Virus genome (UHGV): UHGV-1364479 | DNA: 47,010 nt | From: a virus | Reading direction: 5' to 3' (one strand) | Shown: piece after piece, positions 28,831-42,854 of the stretch | Numbering within the stretch: position 1 is the first letter of the stretch | How the letters are laid out: each line of letters opens with the position of its first letter | The notes under the pieces: model-generated | What the model saw: only the letters and a program-made list of their open reading frames with translations | The model's database searches: none | What the model was told of the DNA's origin: nothing | Made by a program: the position numbers and the translations under genes

Positions 28831-29278
28831 TGAATTGCTGGCTATGGAAGATATTCCACGGGAGCAGATTGAAGATACCATCAATCTTATTGAAGAGGAG
28901 TTTGAAGGAAAGGCTGAAATGGTTGCTGCTTACATTCGTGAGCTTGAAGCTGATGAGTCTGGACTAAAGTCAGAGATTGACCGTCTTTCTGAGCGTAAGC
29001 GTGTTTTAGTTTCGAAGATTGATAATCTTAAAGATTATCTTCGTCAGAACATGATGGCTTCAGGAAAGACGAATATCAAAGGTAAGTTGTTCAGTATCAC
29101 ACTTGGCAAACCATCACCAGTTCTTGATGTGTTTGTTCCTGTTGAGCAGCTTCCTGAGCAGTACCGTGTTGTGAAAGTGTCGGCAGATAACGCAGCGATT
29201 AAAAATGCGATTAAAGCCGGGATTGAAATTAAGGGTTGTGCCATCACAGATGGCAAACCGAAACTGATCATCAAATAA
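28799..29278 (+). CDS. putative Gp157-family protein (Sak4 companion), coiled coil
   Basis: ORF 28784..29278; helical, charged; position directly after Sak4. Confidence 0.35.
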   Translation: MHLYEITKQLNELLAMEDIPREQIEDTINLIEEEFEGKAEMVAAYIRELEADESGLKSEIDRLSERKRVLVSKIDNLKDYLRQNMMASGKTNIKGKLFSITLGKPSPVLDVFVPVEQLPEQYRVVKVSADNAAIKNAIKAGIEIKGCAITDGKPKLIIK

Positions 29279-29295
29279 ATCGAGAGGACACAAAA

Positions 29296-29817
29296 ATGGG
29301 TTTCTGGAATCTTTCTGACGGTAAAGCTGTTGAATCTAAATCTGAATTTGAACTGGGTGGTGGTTTCGAAGTAATTCCTGATGGTAGCCGTGTTCTTGCT
29401 GCAGTTGAAGAATGTAAAGACGACCAGTGGGAAGGCGAGCGATTCTTCAATCTTAAGTGGCGAATCCTTGATGGTGAGTATAAAAATCGCATCATCTTCC
29501 AGAAGCTGAAAGTATTTAGCTCAAAAGAAAAGCAGCGAGACAATGCTATCACTATGCTTGCAGCAATTGACGCAAACGCTGGTGGCAAGCTGATGGCATC
29601 AGGAAAAGAGCCGACTGATTTTGCTATTGCCAGTGCGCTTGCAAATCGCCCGATGATTCTTCTTCTGCGAGTTTGGGAATCTGAGGATAAGCAAAAAACT
29701 GGTAACTATGTGGCTGGTGTATTTGGTCGTCAACAGACAAAAGCAGCACCTGCTCCTAAGCAATCATCGCCGTCTAACGAGCCTCCGATGGATTTTGATG
29801 ACGATATTCCGTTTTGA
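29296..29817 (+). CDS. putative ssDNA-binding protein with host-type SSB C-terminal tip
   Basis: 173 aa from ATG 29296 (RBS GAGAGGA); last 14 aa SNEPPMDFDDDIPF identical to E. coli SSB C-terminus, preceded by Ala/Pro/Gln-rich linker. Confidence 0.5.
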   Translation: MGFWNLSDGKAVESKSEFELGGGFEVIPDGSRVLAAVEECKDDQWEGERFFNLKWRILDGEYKNRIIFQKLKVFSSKEKQRDNAITMLAAIDANAGGKLMASGKEPTDFAIASALANRPMILLLRVWESEDKQKTGNYVAGVFGRQQTKAAPAPKQSSPSNEPPMDFDDDIPF

Positions 29818-29835
29818 TGATTTGATGTTTATTTA

Positions 29836-29860
29836 AATGAAGCCCCTCAATGGGGCTTTT
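29836..29860 (+). terminator. weak terminator/stem-loop (AAGCCCC-TCAAT-GGGGCTT + TTTAATT)
   Basis: 7-bp GC stem, short U-tract. Confidence 0.35.
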
Positions 29861-29874
29861 AATTGGAGTTTTAT

Positions 29875-30252
29875 ATGTACGAAGTTATCTGTGATTACTG
29901 CAATATTGCGACAAGACTAGCTAAAGGGAGTGAAATTTACCCACACAGACCAGACCTTTCTGCTCTTAATTTTTATCTCTGTGATTCTTGCGGGGCTTAT
30001 GTTGGTTGCCACAAAAATGGTGATGGCGAAAGACCTCTTGGAAGGGTGGCTAATGAAGAATTAAGGAAGGCAAAAAGCAAAGCACATGCTGCATTTGATC
30101 CCTTATGGAAATCAGGAAAAATGTCGCGAGGTGCTGCTTACTCTGCATTAGCTAGTTCGATGGGAATAAAAAAAGATAAATGCCACATAGGAATGTTTGA
30201 TGTTAAACAATGCGAGTATGTTGTCGAGTGGTGCAAGGAGTTTTGTTTATGA
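29875..30252 (+). CDS. hypothetical Zn-finger protein, about 125 aa
   Basis: ORF 29863..30252; ATG 29875 after GGAG; CDYC...CDSC motifs. Confidence 0.5.
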   Translation: MYEVICDYCNIATRLAKGSEIYPHRPDLSALNFYLCDSCGAYVGCHKNGDGERPLGRVANEELRKAKSKAHAAFDPLWKSGKMSRGAAYSALASSMGIKKDKCHIGMFDVKQCEYVVEWCKEFCL

Positions 30253-32114
30253 AATACACGCTAAGGCCATACCAACAGGAAGCTGTTGATTCAGCTATGG
30301 CACACATTCGCAGCACCATCTCATCATGCGTTATCATCCTACCGACAGGTGCAGGAAAATCTATGGTTGTAGCAGAACTTGCATCTCGTATTTATGGTAT
30401 GAGCAAAAAGCGAGTTTTGTGCATAGCTCCCACAGCGGAACTCGTCACACAAAATCGCGCTAAATACCTTCTCACCGGAGAACCAGCCAGCATGTTCAGT
30501 GCAAAGGCTGGACCAAAGAACCTGCGTCATCCGGTTGTTTTTGGTTCACCAGTTACAATCAAGAACTCAATAGAGATGTTTGGTGATAAGTATGGTGCTG
30601 TCATTATTGATGAGTGTGATGGAATAACACCAACCATTAAATTTATTATTAATGAGATGAAGCGCCGCAATCCAAAGCTGCGTGTTATTGGGATGACTGC
30701 TACGCCTTATCGCCTTGGAACTGGATACATCTACAAAGAGCACTACCTCGACGGTCCTACAGATGAAGAAACAGCCATAGACCCATATTACGACAAAGTC
30801 GTTTATGAGCTTGAAGCTAAATTTCTCATCGAAAATGGATATCTTACGCCACCAGTTACAGAGCCTGTTTTTGACGAGTATGATACGTCTTGTCTTGAAA
30901 AGGATAAGTTTGGTCGGTACACAACAGCTTCAGTTGAAAAGGCGATGGTTGGCAAGGGAAGGAAAACATCACGTATTGTTGAAGATATTATCCGTCGCTC
31001 TGTTAATCGGCGCGGAACGATGATTTTTGCCAGCACCAAGAAACACGCTATGGAGATAATGGAGTCACTTCCTCCCGGGTCTTATAGTTATGTTTTTGGT
31101 GATATGCCAACAGCAGATCGCAACAAGGCAATATCAGACTTCAAGGAACAAAAAGTTAAATATATCGTTAACCAGAATATACTTACTGTAGGGGTGGATG
31201 TTCCTCATTGTGATCATATAGCAGTAATGAGAGCAACAGAGTCGCCAAGACTCTATCAGCAAATAATTGGCAGAGGGACGCGTCTTTATGAAGGAAAGGA
31301 AGACTTTCTTGTTAGCGATTACGCCGGAAATATTCAACGCCACTTTTCAGAAACTGGAGACTTGTTTACTCCAGAAATAAAAGCAACAAGGAAAAAACCA
31401 TCTGTGCCAATGGATGTAAAATGCCCTCTTTGTGGCTTTATTAATGAATTTGGTGTGCGCCCCAACCCTGAAAATCTTGAAGTTGACAAGGAAGGTTACT
31501 GGCTTGATTTGGCTGGTGATAGGGTGATGATTGACATTTTTGATAAATCAGGTGAAAAAATTGGAAGCAAGCCTATGCCTGCTCATTTTGGGAGGAGGTG
31601 TAAAAACTACGTTATGCACGGGCCATTAAGGGAAATGCATAGGTGTACTTATAAGTGGTCGGTGAAAGAGTGTCTTGATTGTGGATTTGAAAATGATATA
31701 GCGGCAAGAAACTGCACATCATGCGGTGCTGAAATCATTGACCCCAACCAAAAGCTAAAGGAAGAAGCTGACAGGCTTGATTCTTCTCCTTATGCAACCA
31801 AGCAATCAAGCGTAACCATGATGAACATCATGAAGCATTACGTTTCAAGCGGTGAAGATTTGGTGCACGTAAAATTTGCTATTGAACAGAAACCATTTTT
31901 TGTTAGCAAGTTCTACAATCCAAACTCTGAGAAGGAATGGATGAAGAAGGAGTGGGAAGAGTTTTGTGGGAGGTGCTTTGGTGAATCTGACATGTCAATT
32001 GATGACGCAATAGCAAAAAGAGATGAAGCTGTCGCGCCATCTGTGATCATGTTCAGAAGAGATAAAGGAAGTAAATATTTCAACGTTAAAGGCATGTATT
32101 GGGGGGTATTATGA
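30249..32114 (+). CDS. superfamily 2 DNA helicase (DEAD/DEAH-like) with C-terminal Zn-ribbons
   Basis: Motif I ILPTGAGKS, motif II IIDECD, motif III MTATP, motif VI QIIGRGTR; ATGA-coupled to previous gene. Confidence 0.8.
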   Translation: MKYTLRPYQQEAVDSAMAHIRSTISSCVIILPTGAGKSMVVAELASRIYGMSKKRVLCIAPTAELVTQNRAKYLLTGEPASMFSAKAGPKNLRHPVVFGSPVTIKNSIEMFGDKYGAVIIDECDGITPTIKFIINEMKRRNPKLRVIGMTATPYRLGTGYIYKEHYLDGPTDEETAIDPYYDKVVYELEAKFLIENGYLTPPVTEPVFDEYDTSCLEKDKFGRYTTASVEKAMVGKGRKTSRIVEDIIRRSVNRRGTMIFASTKKHAMEIMESLPPGSYSYVFGDMPTADRNKAISDFKEQKVKYIVNQNILTVGVDVPHCDHIAVMRATESPRLYQQIIGRGTRLYEGKEDFLVSDYAGNIQRHFSETGDLFTPEIKATRKKPSVPMDVKCPLCGFINEFGVRPNPENLEVDKEGYWLDLAGDRVMIDIFDKSGEKIGSKPMPAHFGRRCKNYVMHGPLREMHRCTYKWSVKECLDCGFENDIAARNCTSCGAEIIDPNQKLKEEADRLDSSPYATKQSSVTMMNIMKHYVSSGEDLVHVKFAIEQKPFFVSKFYNPNSEKEWMKKEWEEFCGRCFGESDMSIDDAIAKRDEAVAPSVIMFRRDKGSKYFNVKGMYWGVL

Positions 32115-32566
32115 TTTTTCCAGAAGGCGTTAAGGTATATGGCGATTTAGATTACAGAAACAAAAAGTGCCCGTCAGAAGATGCCGAACTGGAGACTTTT
32201 GTTAATCAGATAAGGAAGCTATATCCTGACTTTGCAAGAGTTATGATTCATGTTCCAAATGAAGGCAAGCGTAAAGGGTATGAAGTTGAAAATCTGAAGA
32301 AAAAGGGCGCGTTAAACTTCGGTGCCTCGGACATCATCATAAACGGAAAGCAATCATTCGTTATGGAGATGAAGAGAATGGATCACACTTTATCAAAATG
32401 GCAGCCTGGACAAATGGCATACCTTAAGGCAGCAAAAGAATTGGATTCATTTGCGTGTGTATGTCTCGGTTGGGAAGCGGCGATGATGGCATTTAATGAC
32501 TGGAGAGCAATAAATTACCCAAACTATAAAAAACCATCAGAGTCATTGATATTTGATGGTTTTTAG
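32111..32566 (+). CDS. VRR-NUC-type PD-(D/E)xK nuclease; in-frame TAG followed by 40 further sense codons to TGA 32684-32686
   Basis: ORF 32099..32566, ATG 32111 ATGA-coupled after GGGGGG; motif GASDIIINGKQSFVMEMKR; extension encodes QQRQQSGQQPQRQQQQQPKQQSPQGGNNPPMDFDDSIPF. Confidence 0.6.
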   Translation: MIFPEGVKVYGDLDYRNKKCPSEDAELETFVNQIRKLYPDFARVMIHVPNEGKRKGYEVENLKKKGALNFGASDIIINGKQSFVMEMKRMDHTLSKWQPGQMAYLKAAKELDSFACVCLGWEAAMMAFNDWRAINYPNYKKPSESLIFDGF

Positions 32567-32695
32567 CAACAACGCCAGCAATCAGGCCAACAACCGCAAC
32601 GACAGCAACAGCAGCAACCAAAACAACAAAGCCCACAAGGAGGCAATAATCCTCCGATGGACTTTGACGATTCAATACCCTTCTGATGATAAAAC

Positions 32696-32722
32696 TAACC
32701 CCGCCGAAGCGGGGTTTTTGTT
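32696..32722. terminator. bidirectional terminator (AACCCCGC-CGAA-GCGGGGTT + T5)
   Basis: Between convergent replication operon and tailspike gene. Confidence 0.65.
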
Positions 32723-34592
32723 AATCATTCTCAGTATTATACATCAATACAACTGGACCTGTATATGTTGCCGTAGATGCCAGGTTAGTCATGTTGTAAG
32801 GTCGCATTCTGACTTGGCTTGTGCTTATTAATCTTGCCTTAAGAAGCCATGTATCATCATTTGTGTTTCCAGATGTTTCCTGTATTCCAACAGAAGATGC
32901 TGGCCTGAATTGGTCTGGAATGTCTCTTGTTACTACCCTTGCAGTGTCTGTGCTCGTTAATGTAAAAAATTCCCTCCCTGATGTCGAAATTGCCGTGCAA
33001 TTTTCAGTCACATTATTTCTAATGTCAGGGCGTGACGTTCTACCTTCTGATATGGTTTTCATTCGAATAACACTTGCTGACATTGTTACTCCGGTAGTGT
33101 TGCGAAAACGGCAATCTGTAACTTTTACCTGAAATGGGTTTGAAATCATGTTTAATGCTATACCATGATTTGCCACCAACCAATTGCAGGAACTGATGGT
33201 GTAACGTGCTCCGTCAACGCTTGACTCAACCTGACACCCATCAAAATAACATCCTACAAACTGGTCTCCATTTGACATAATGGAAACCTTGCCTTTCGTT
33301 GAGTCAGTCTCTTGGTGTGGGTAGAAGTGGCAATTAACAAAACTTCCAGCACCTTTCCTCAGATATGCAACATCTTTAACTTGTTGGCTGATGATAAGTC
33401 CAGTGTAATTATTGTCATAATTATTTATATCCAACGCCACACCATTCACAATATCGACAGGGATGTCGGCTTCCCATACAGGCTGCTGTCCGATGTGCGT
33501 CAATGCCATATTCAATTCATGAGGCGGGTAAGATACATAATCAGTTTTTACACCATACTCACGATATCTTGATAGCACTCCACCAACAATAGGCATCTTC
33601 CAGAAATCGTAAGCAAGAATGCAACCGTCAGCTTTCCAGTTACCATCCAGAACTGGGTTTTCGATACGGATACCGTTTAGCGGGCGCGTCCCTGTTACCA
33701 GCTTGAATTCTAATATAGCACGACCAGCAGTGAATCCATCTAGCGCGGTAATGGTAGGGTTTAATAGCGTAAAGTTGAAAGTGTCAACAAAATCCAATGG
33801 CTTAGTCGTATAGTAAACACCCTGAGACATATTTAGAATAGACCCGCCGAGGTTTAACATAGTGGGATCATCTTTACTTGATGGGAAGTATGTCTGTCGC
33901 TTTCTGGTTAGCACGCTGTCACGCCACAAATCAAGAGCTGCCGAGCTGTCGAAGGTTGGGTCATCTGGCACTGCACCATAGTTTCGTGGATCGTCAATAG
34001 AATATGCTGATAGATACCCAACGCACACCCATTCATCATCTGGAGATGAGTTCGGTGGCACAGTTATCGTCCCAGATATTGGAGAGTAATACATGTTATC
34101 AAGTGGATTCAAAAGTGCAGATTCATTAGCTGTCGCTGAACCTCCAGTTGAAAATGTATCACCATATATTTTTTTGTATTCAAGCGTCATAAAATATGAC
34201 TCAGCCCACTGTCTTGCAGTGGCATCACCAACACTCAACCATTTCCCCAACCCAACACCACCAGAAGTTTCAGGTGTTGAGCCAGCAGGAACGGATTTTG
34301 GTAGTTCGCCGTCCCAACGATAATATTCTCCGGTAGCCTCATAACGCAAAACCTGATTAGGCAAAGTCAGTGTCGCACCATCTTCAAAGCTGTCGATAGT
34401 GATGTAGCCATAGTTGCGTATAGCTTCTTCTGCGGCGTGCTGAAATCCAGCAATTGTCCAGCGTCGCACGCCGAAGCGATCGGTATAGTAGTGGTTGTTA
34501 CCAGTTACAACCTCGTCAATCTTCCCGGCATTAAATTTCAGGTCGCGCGGGTCTTCGCTTGGGATTGGATTATTTGTTGGTACGGTAGCCAT
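32721..34592 (-). CDS. tailspike / tail fiber with beta-helix depolymerase-like body
   Basis: 623 aa, last gene of tail operon; Asn/Gly/Thr/Val-rich repetitive beta-type sequence; N-terminal about 120 aa particle-binding domain. Confidence 0.65.
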   Translation of the reverse strand: MATVPTNNPIPSEDPRDLKFNAGKIDEVVTGNNHYYTDRFGVRRWTIAGFQHAAEEAIRNYGYITIDSFEDGATLTLPNQVLRYEATGEYYRWDGELPKSVPAGSTPETSGGVGLGKWLSVGDATARQWAESYFMTLEYKKIYGDTFSTGGSATANESALLNPLDNMYYSPISGTITVPPNSSPDDEWVCVGYLSAYSIDDPRNYGAVPDDPTFDSSAALDLWRDSVLTRKRQTYFPSSKDDPTMLNLGGSILNMSQGVYYTTKPLDFVDTFNFTLLNPTITALDGFTAGRAILEFKLVTGTRPLNGIRIENPVLDGNWKADGCILAYDFWKMPIVGGVLSRYREYGVKTDYVSYPPHELNMALTHIGQQPVWEADIPVDIVNGVALDINNYDNNYTGLIISQQVKDVAYLRKGAGSFVNCHFYPHQETDSTKGKVSIMSNGDQFVGCYFDGCQVESSVDGARYTISSCNWLVANHGIALNMISNPFQVKVTDCRFRNTTGVTMSASVIRMKTISEGRTSRPDIRNNVTENCTAISTSGREFFTLTSTDTARVVTRDIPDQFRPASSVGIQETSGNTNDDTWLLKARLISTSQVRMRPYNMTNLASTATYTGPVVLMYNTEND

Positions 34593-34631
34593 TATAATAA
34601 ATGCTCCTTTGTGAATTTGATGTATATTGTA

Positions 34632-38432
<3,801 letters not shown>

Positions 38433-38433
<1 letters not shown>

Positions 38434-41375
38434 TATTCGGTTGCCCTCCGGTTTGTTGAGTAATTTCTTGAAATAGCCTGCCCTATCGCGCCGTTGTTTT
38501 CTATGTCACTAACAATCGTCTCAATCGTCACGCTGCCGTCACCATTATCTCTGGCGCTGCTGCTGACCTGCGCTGAGCTGTTATTTATCACGTTATTATA
38601 AACCACAACGCCACTGCCACCGCCCGTTAGGTCTTTGTTGCTGATAACCGAGCCATCGTTCCCTGGAATCATGTACTGGCGACCGTTGGACGCCTGGAAT
38701 ATCTCAGGCAAGCCATTCTCGCCAACTTCGTACATGCTTCCTGCGCTAACAGGTCCGCCATTTTTGCGCTTGCCAGCAATTCCCATCGCCAGCGCCCCGA
38801 GAACGGCACCTACCCCAATTGCAGCCGCCCCGCCGAATGAGCCGATTGATGCTACGATTGCTGCTGGAGTCCATGCCGCCGTAGTGGTGGCTGCCGCCGC
38901 CGTCGATGCTGCTGTTGTGGTTGCCAGTCCTGCCGTTTGCGCCGCTGTGGTTGTCGCTGTTGCCGCAACCTGTGCAGTTTCACCCATCACGGCAGATTTA
39001 ACCCACTCAACACCCATTTCGACGAAACTATTTACCAGAGAGTTCAGCACCGTAGAGCCGAGGCTACGCATGGCATCCTGAACGCTCATTGTACCTGTCA
39101 GCAATCCGGTAATACTGTTTGAGGCTGTGCTCATCGCGGAATCCAGTGCGGTTCCGAACAGTTGCGCCCCAAGGCTTTGCTGCTGCCATTCAGCCCACAT
39201 GGCATCCATTCTCTGCTGGCGGTATTGTGCTTCAATTGCTGCGCGAGTCTGTTCAATCTCCGTGATTTTTTGCGGATATGCTGCGGCGTAGGCATCAAGG
39301 TCAGCCATGCGTTGCTGGTATTCACTGTCAATGCCAGTCGTTGGCGACGCAATGGCACGTAATCCCTGATATGATTTTTCTACGCGCTGCCTTTCTTTCT
39401 CCGCTTCTGCCTGCTCCTTCAGCGCATTCTTCTGGTCCCAAATCTTCGCAGCGTACTCGCCAGCCAGTTTTATTTGCTCCTGAGTGGCAGCCTTGCCAAG
39501 CGACTGTTGCGCGTTGAGAATTGCCTGTTCGCGGGAGAGTTCCTTTGTTGATTCTGCCTGACCAGCAAGCAATGCCTCGTCACGAAGTTTATTTAATTTC
39601 TGTTGGATTGTTTCCTGTTGCTTTAATTCCGTTTTTAGCTGGTTGTTTGCATTACGTTCATCTTTTGCCGCCTGAGCGTTTCTTTCCTGTTGGCGATACG
39701 TTTCAAGACGAACGTTGTAGTATTCGCGGAAAGCGGCGGTGTTTTGTTTTAACCCCTGCGCCTCAGCATCACGCCAAGCCTGAGCTTTTAGTTTTTCATC
39801 GCCAGTTTGCTTCTCAATAAACAGCGTCTGGCGAGCGGTTTGCAACGCTCTGTCCTGACTTGATGTCAGGCTATCCGTCATTTCCTTAAGAGCTTTCAGG
39901 CGCATTGTTGCGTCAGTTGTTGTGGTGGCAATTTCCAGCAGGCGAGCAGCATACTCTCTGGCTTTTTGAGCGCCAGATGACTGGCCTTCACCTACCTTTT
40001 GCAGAGTAACAATTAAAGCATTAAGTTTTTCATTGCTTGGGTTTTTAGCAATTTCAGAGAGCTGTTTAGCAAATTCAAAAGCCTGTTGGTCGGTCAGATC
40101 AAAGCGACTTGCCAGAGCGCCAACGGTAGCAATCATGTTATTCATCGTAGATTGCCCGGCAAGTCCGGCAGATGCAGCCTGCTTCATTGCCTCGCTGAAA
40201 TCATTGGTGGTGATATTCAGCATTGATAGGTAATCGTTGAAAGATTTAACGCTGACGTTTGCACCAGCAAAAGATGCGAAAAGTCTGTCGCCAAAGGTGA
40301 CGAACTCACCGGATGCTTTTGATACTTCCTTTGATACTTTGGATAGTGCAGCGGACAGTTCAAGTTGAGCCTGCTGGCGCATCAGTGTTGCAACAGTTGT
40401 GTTGGCTTTTGCTAGAGCTGCAAACTTATCTGAGTATGCTGCCACGCCATTACTTGAAACGCTGATAACCTGATCCATTGCAGAAATGGCATCCTTCATG
40501 GCGTCAATGGCATTCTTACCATTGCTTAGCGAGGCCATCAGTGAGCCAGCGATAACTGTCGCTATTGTTAACACTGCGCCAGCAACAGGGCTGAATATAG
40601 ATGCAAGTTGCGAACCCTGCTGACTGAATGCAACAAGCGCAGACTGACCACCCTGAACCTGAACAATAAAGTCCTGAACCTGATAGCCACCCTGCTGTAG
40701 TGCGTTCCTGAAACCGTTTGTGGATTTGCCAGCCGACTCTGTACCGTTTTTCATGTCGTACAGTCTACCAGTCAGCTCAGCAATCTTGGCCTTTTGCGCA
40801 TCAGTTGCGCCATCTCCAGCTCTGAGTTGCGCCGCAAGAATTGCCGCACTTCTCGCGCCGTTTTCCATTTGCTCTTCAAGAATTGCAACCTGATTACCGA
40901 GGCTTTCAATTAATCTTTCTGTGCCAGATATGCTTGCGCCAGCGCCGCCAGTAGATGTACCAAGCTCACGAATAGCAGTCGTAACAGCATTAATTGAGGT
41001 TTCCAGTCTGCCAGTAGAAACAGCGGCTTGTTGCTGTTGCTGCTGCATCATGGCGAGTTGTTGATTTAGAGCGTCGATAACCTGATTGGCTGACTCGGCA
41101 GATTGCGATGTTGATTTGACAGCGCTTGCCGCACCATCACTGGATGCCGCCATCTTGCTTAGCGTGGCATCAATGCTTTTAACCACGGAAACAAGGGAAG
41201 AGAATGCCTTTCCGGCTGAGTCAGCCTGACCATCAAGTTTATTTAAATTCTTCGTGGAGCCACTTACAGCGGAGTCAAATTTTGATAACTCTGATTCCGC
41301 TGAGCTTGCTCCTGCTTTAAGCCCGGATACATCCATCCCGACTTCGTAGACAATCCCACCGACTTCTTCAGCCAT
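38433..41375 (-). CDS. tail tape measure protein
   Basis: 980 aa, highly helical Ala/Gln/Ser-rich, poly-Q run, C-terminal Ala/Thr repeats (ATATTTAAQTAGLATTTAASTAAAATTTAAW) and Gly-rich end. Confidence 0.85.
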
Positions 41376-42091
41376 TATGTATTCCTCGCTTTTTTCGCTT
41401 TGCGTTCAGCCAGTGCTTTCATGCGCTCACGGTCTGCTTTAGCCTGGTCGTACTCTGCCGCACGTTCTTCTTTCGTTAACCCTTTCGGCTCTGGATATTT
41501 ATTCTTAATCATCATCTGAAACTCTGTCATGGACAGGTTTTCGGCCTCATCGCGCGTCATGTCGAAATGCGTGCGTGCTGAGATGATGTATTGCGACGCA
41601 TGAAACTCGTTTGTGGTTTTCTTGCCTTGCTCTTCCAGTCGCTCAGGCACTTTGAGTGGTGACTTGCCAATGATGCCGTGCTGCATCAGATTGCGCGCAA
41701 TAATAATAATGTCGCTCACTGGCATAATGCCGGGAACATATCGCACGCCTCGCGGGGTTGGCTTCCATCCACCAATCAGCACAGAGATATCATCTTCACA
41801 GCATGACTGCATGACGATATATGCCGCGCTCAGTACATGGCGACCATACGCAGGCTTACTGATAGTCTTCATAACCTGCATCTGCGCGCCAAATGGCAGG
41901 TATTCGACGTGCTGCAACGGCGCAACATAATCAATGCCATTGAGTCTGGCGTACACCTCGACGATTTCTTTTGGTGTGCCGATTTCATTCATGGCTCGGA
42001 ATGATGGCTTAAAGAAAAAACTCCTGTCAGAAAGCGAGATGCGCATCTCCCCGATTTCTGTTAGTGGCGTGCGATTGCTCATGTTTTGCAT
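41375..42091 (-). CDS. tail assembly chaperone (G/GT-like, single ORF)
   Basis: 238 aa between major tail protein and tape measure; basic C-terminus. Confidence 0.45.
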   Translation of the reverse strand: MQNMSNRTPLTEIGEMRISLSDRSFFFKPSFRAMNEIGTPKEIVEVYARLNGIDYVAPLQHVEYLPFGAQMQVMKTISKPAYGRHVLSAAYIVMQSCCEDDISVLIGGWKPTPRGVRYVPGIMPVSDIIIIARNLMQHGIIGKSPLKVPERLEEQGKKTTNEFHASQYIISARTHFDMTRDEAENLSMTEFQMMIKNKYPEPKGLTKEERAAEYDQAKADRERMKALAERKAKKARNT

Positions 42092-42122
42092 CCTGAATTT
42101 GACTGATGTTGATTATATCATC

Positions 42123-42151
42123 TCGGTGATGTTGACACCTGCGAGGTGGTG
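42123..42151 (+). promoter_or_regulatory. sigma70-like promoter TTGACA-N17-TAGATT (conserved family) with upstream TGATTATATCA palindrome
   Basis: ttgacacctgcgaggtggtgatgtagatt; tgattatatca at 42101-42111. Confidence 0.55.
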
Positions 42152-42199
42152 ATGTAGATTCAAGCCATCGAAACGAGTGATGAATAAATGAGGTGAGTT

Positions 42200-42493
42200 A
42201 TGAAAATTAAAATGTTGATTGCATCTGTACTATTGGCTTCTTCTTTTGCCGCCAGTGCGACTTCCGATATATGCAAAAACATCGGAGAAATTGCCATGAA
42301 CACTGCCGATGTTCGAGACAACGGTATCAGCAAGAATCTTGCGGAAGTGGTGGTAAAAGGTTCTGCAAAAAACAACGAATCAGCAGAAATAATCGGCCTT
42401 GCTATCGTAGAAATGGTTTATGCACGCAAGGATATGACAAAAGAGCAATTGCGTGATGTGGCTGTTTCTTTGTGTGAAAAGCAAGGGATGTAA
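42200..42493 (+). CDS. secreted (signal-peptide) protein, 97 aa - moron
   Basis: N-terminus MKIKMLIASVLLASSFAASA signal peptide; opposite orientation to flanking tail genes; own promoter and terminator. Confidence 0.55.
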   Translation: MKIKMLIASVLLASSFAASATSDICKNIGEIAMNTADVRDNGISKNLAEVVVKGSAKNNESAEIIGLAIVEMVYARKDMTKEQLRDVAVSLCEKQGM

Positions 42494-42502
42494 GGATTGC
42501 CC

Positions 42503-42646
42503 ATGAACAAACAAACAAAAGCTGACCTGATTTTCTACACTGATTTGTATGTTGATGCGGGTTATGACTACGAAGAAGCAGAGCGAATGGCGAAAGACTT
42601 ACTCCGCGTGATTGGTGTGATTTTTGATGAGGATAAGGTGATATGA
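42503..42646 (+). CDS. hypothetical protein, 47 aa
   Basis: ORF ATGA-coupled to next gene. Confidence 0.35.
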   Translation: MNKQTKADLIFYTDLYVDAGYDYEEAERMAKDLLRVIGVIFDEDKVI

Positions 42647-42852
42647 GTCAGTGGATTAAATGCAGTGAGCTGATGCCTCCAAAAATGACAGGCGTTCTTG
42701 TAGCTACAGAGTTCGGCCATCAAGGCGACTGGCGTATTAAGTGGGCTACTTATATTCCTGGGCGTCCTGACGCGGATGACGGGTGGCTAATTCCAGGCGC
42801 TTCGTGGAAACCATCCCACTGGATGCCACTCCCAGAGCCACCACAAGAATAA
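42643..42852 (+). CDS. DUF551-like phage protein
   Basis: 69 aa; W-rich WIKCSELMPP...GDWRIKWATY...GWLIPGASWKPSHWMPLPEPP pattern typical of DUF551. Confidence 0.45.
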   Translation: MSQWIKCSELMPPKMTGVLVATEFGHQGDWRIKWATYIPGRPDADDGWLIPGASWKPSHWMPLPEPPQE

Positions 42853-42854
42853 AA

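Noticed and set aside
38635-39081. Ala/Pro-rich + strand ORFs antisense to the tape measure gene
   Set aside because: They are antisense reading of the Ala/Thr repeat region of the tape measure protein, not independent genes.
41375-41420. AAAAAAG heptamer 7 codons before the chaperone stop; possible G/GT-type -1 frameshift
   Set aside because: The -1 frame from this site is simply the tape measure reading frame, which has its own ATG 20 nt downstream. The heptamer is also not in the canonical X_XXY_YYZ phase, so no separate T-domain ORF exists to justify a programmed frameshift.
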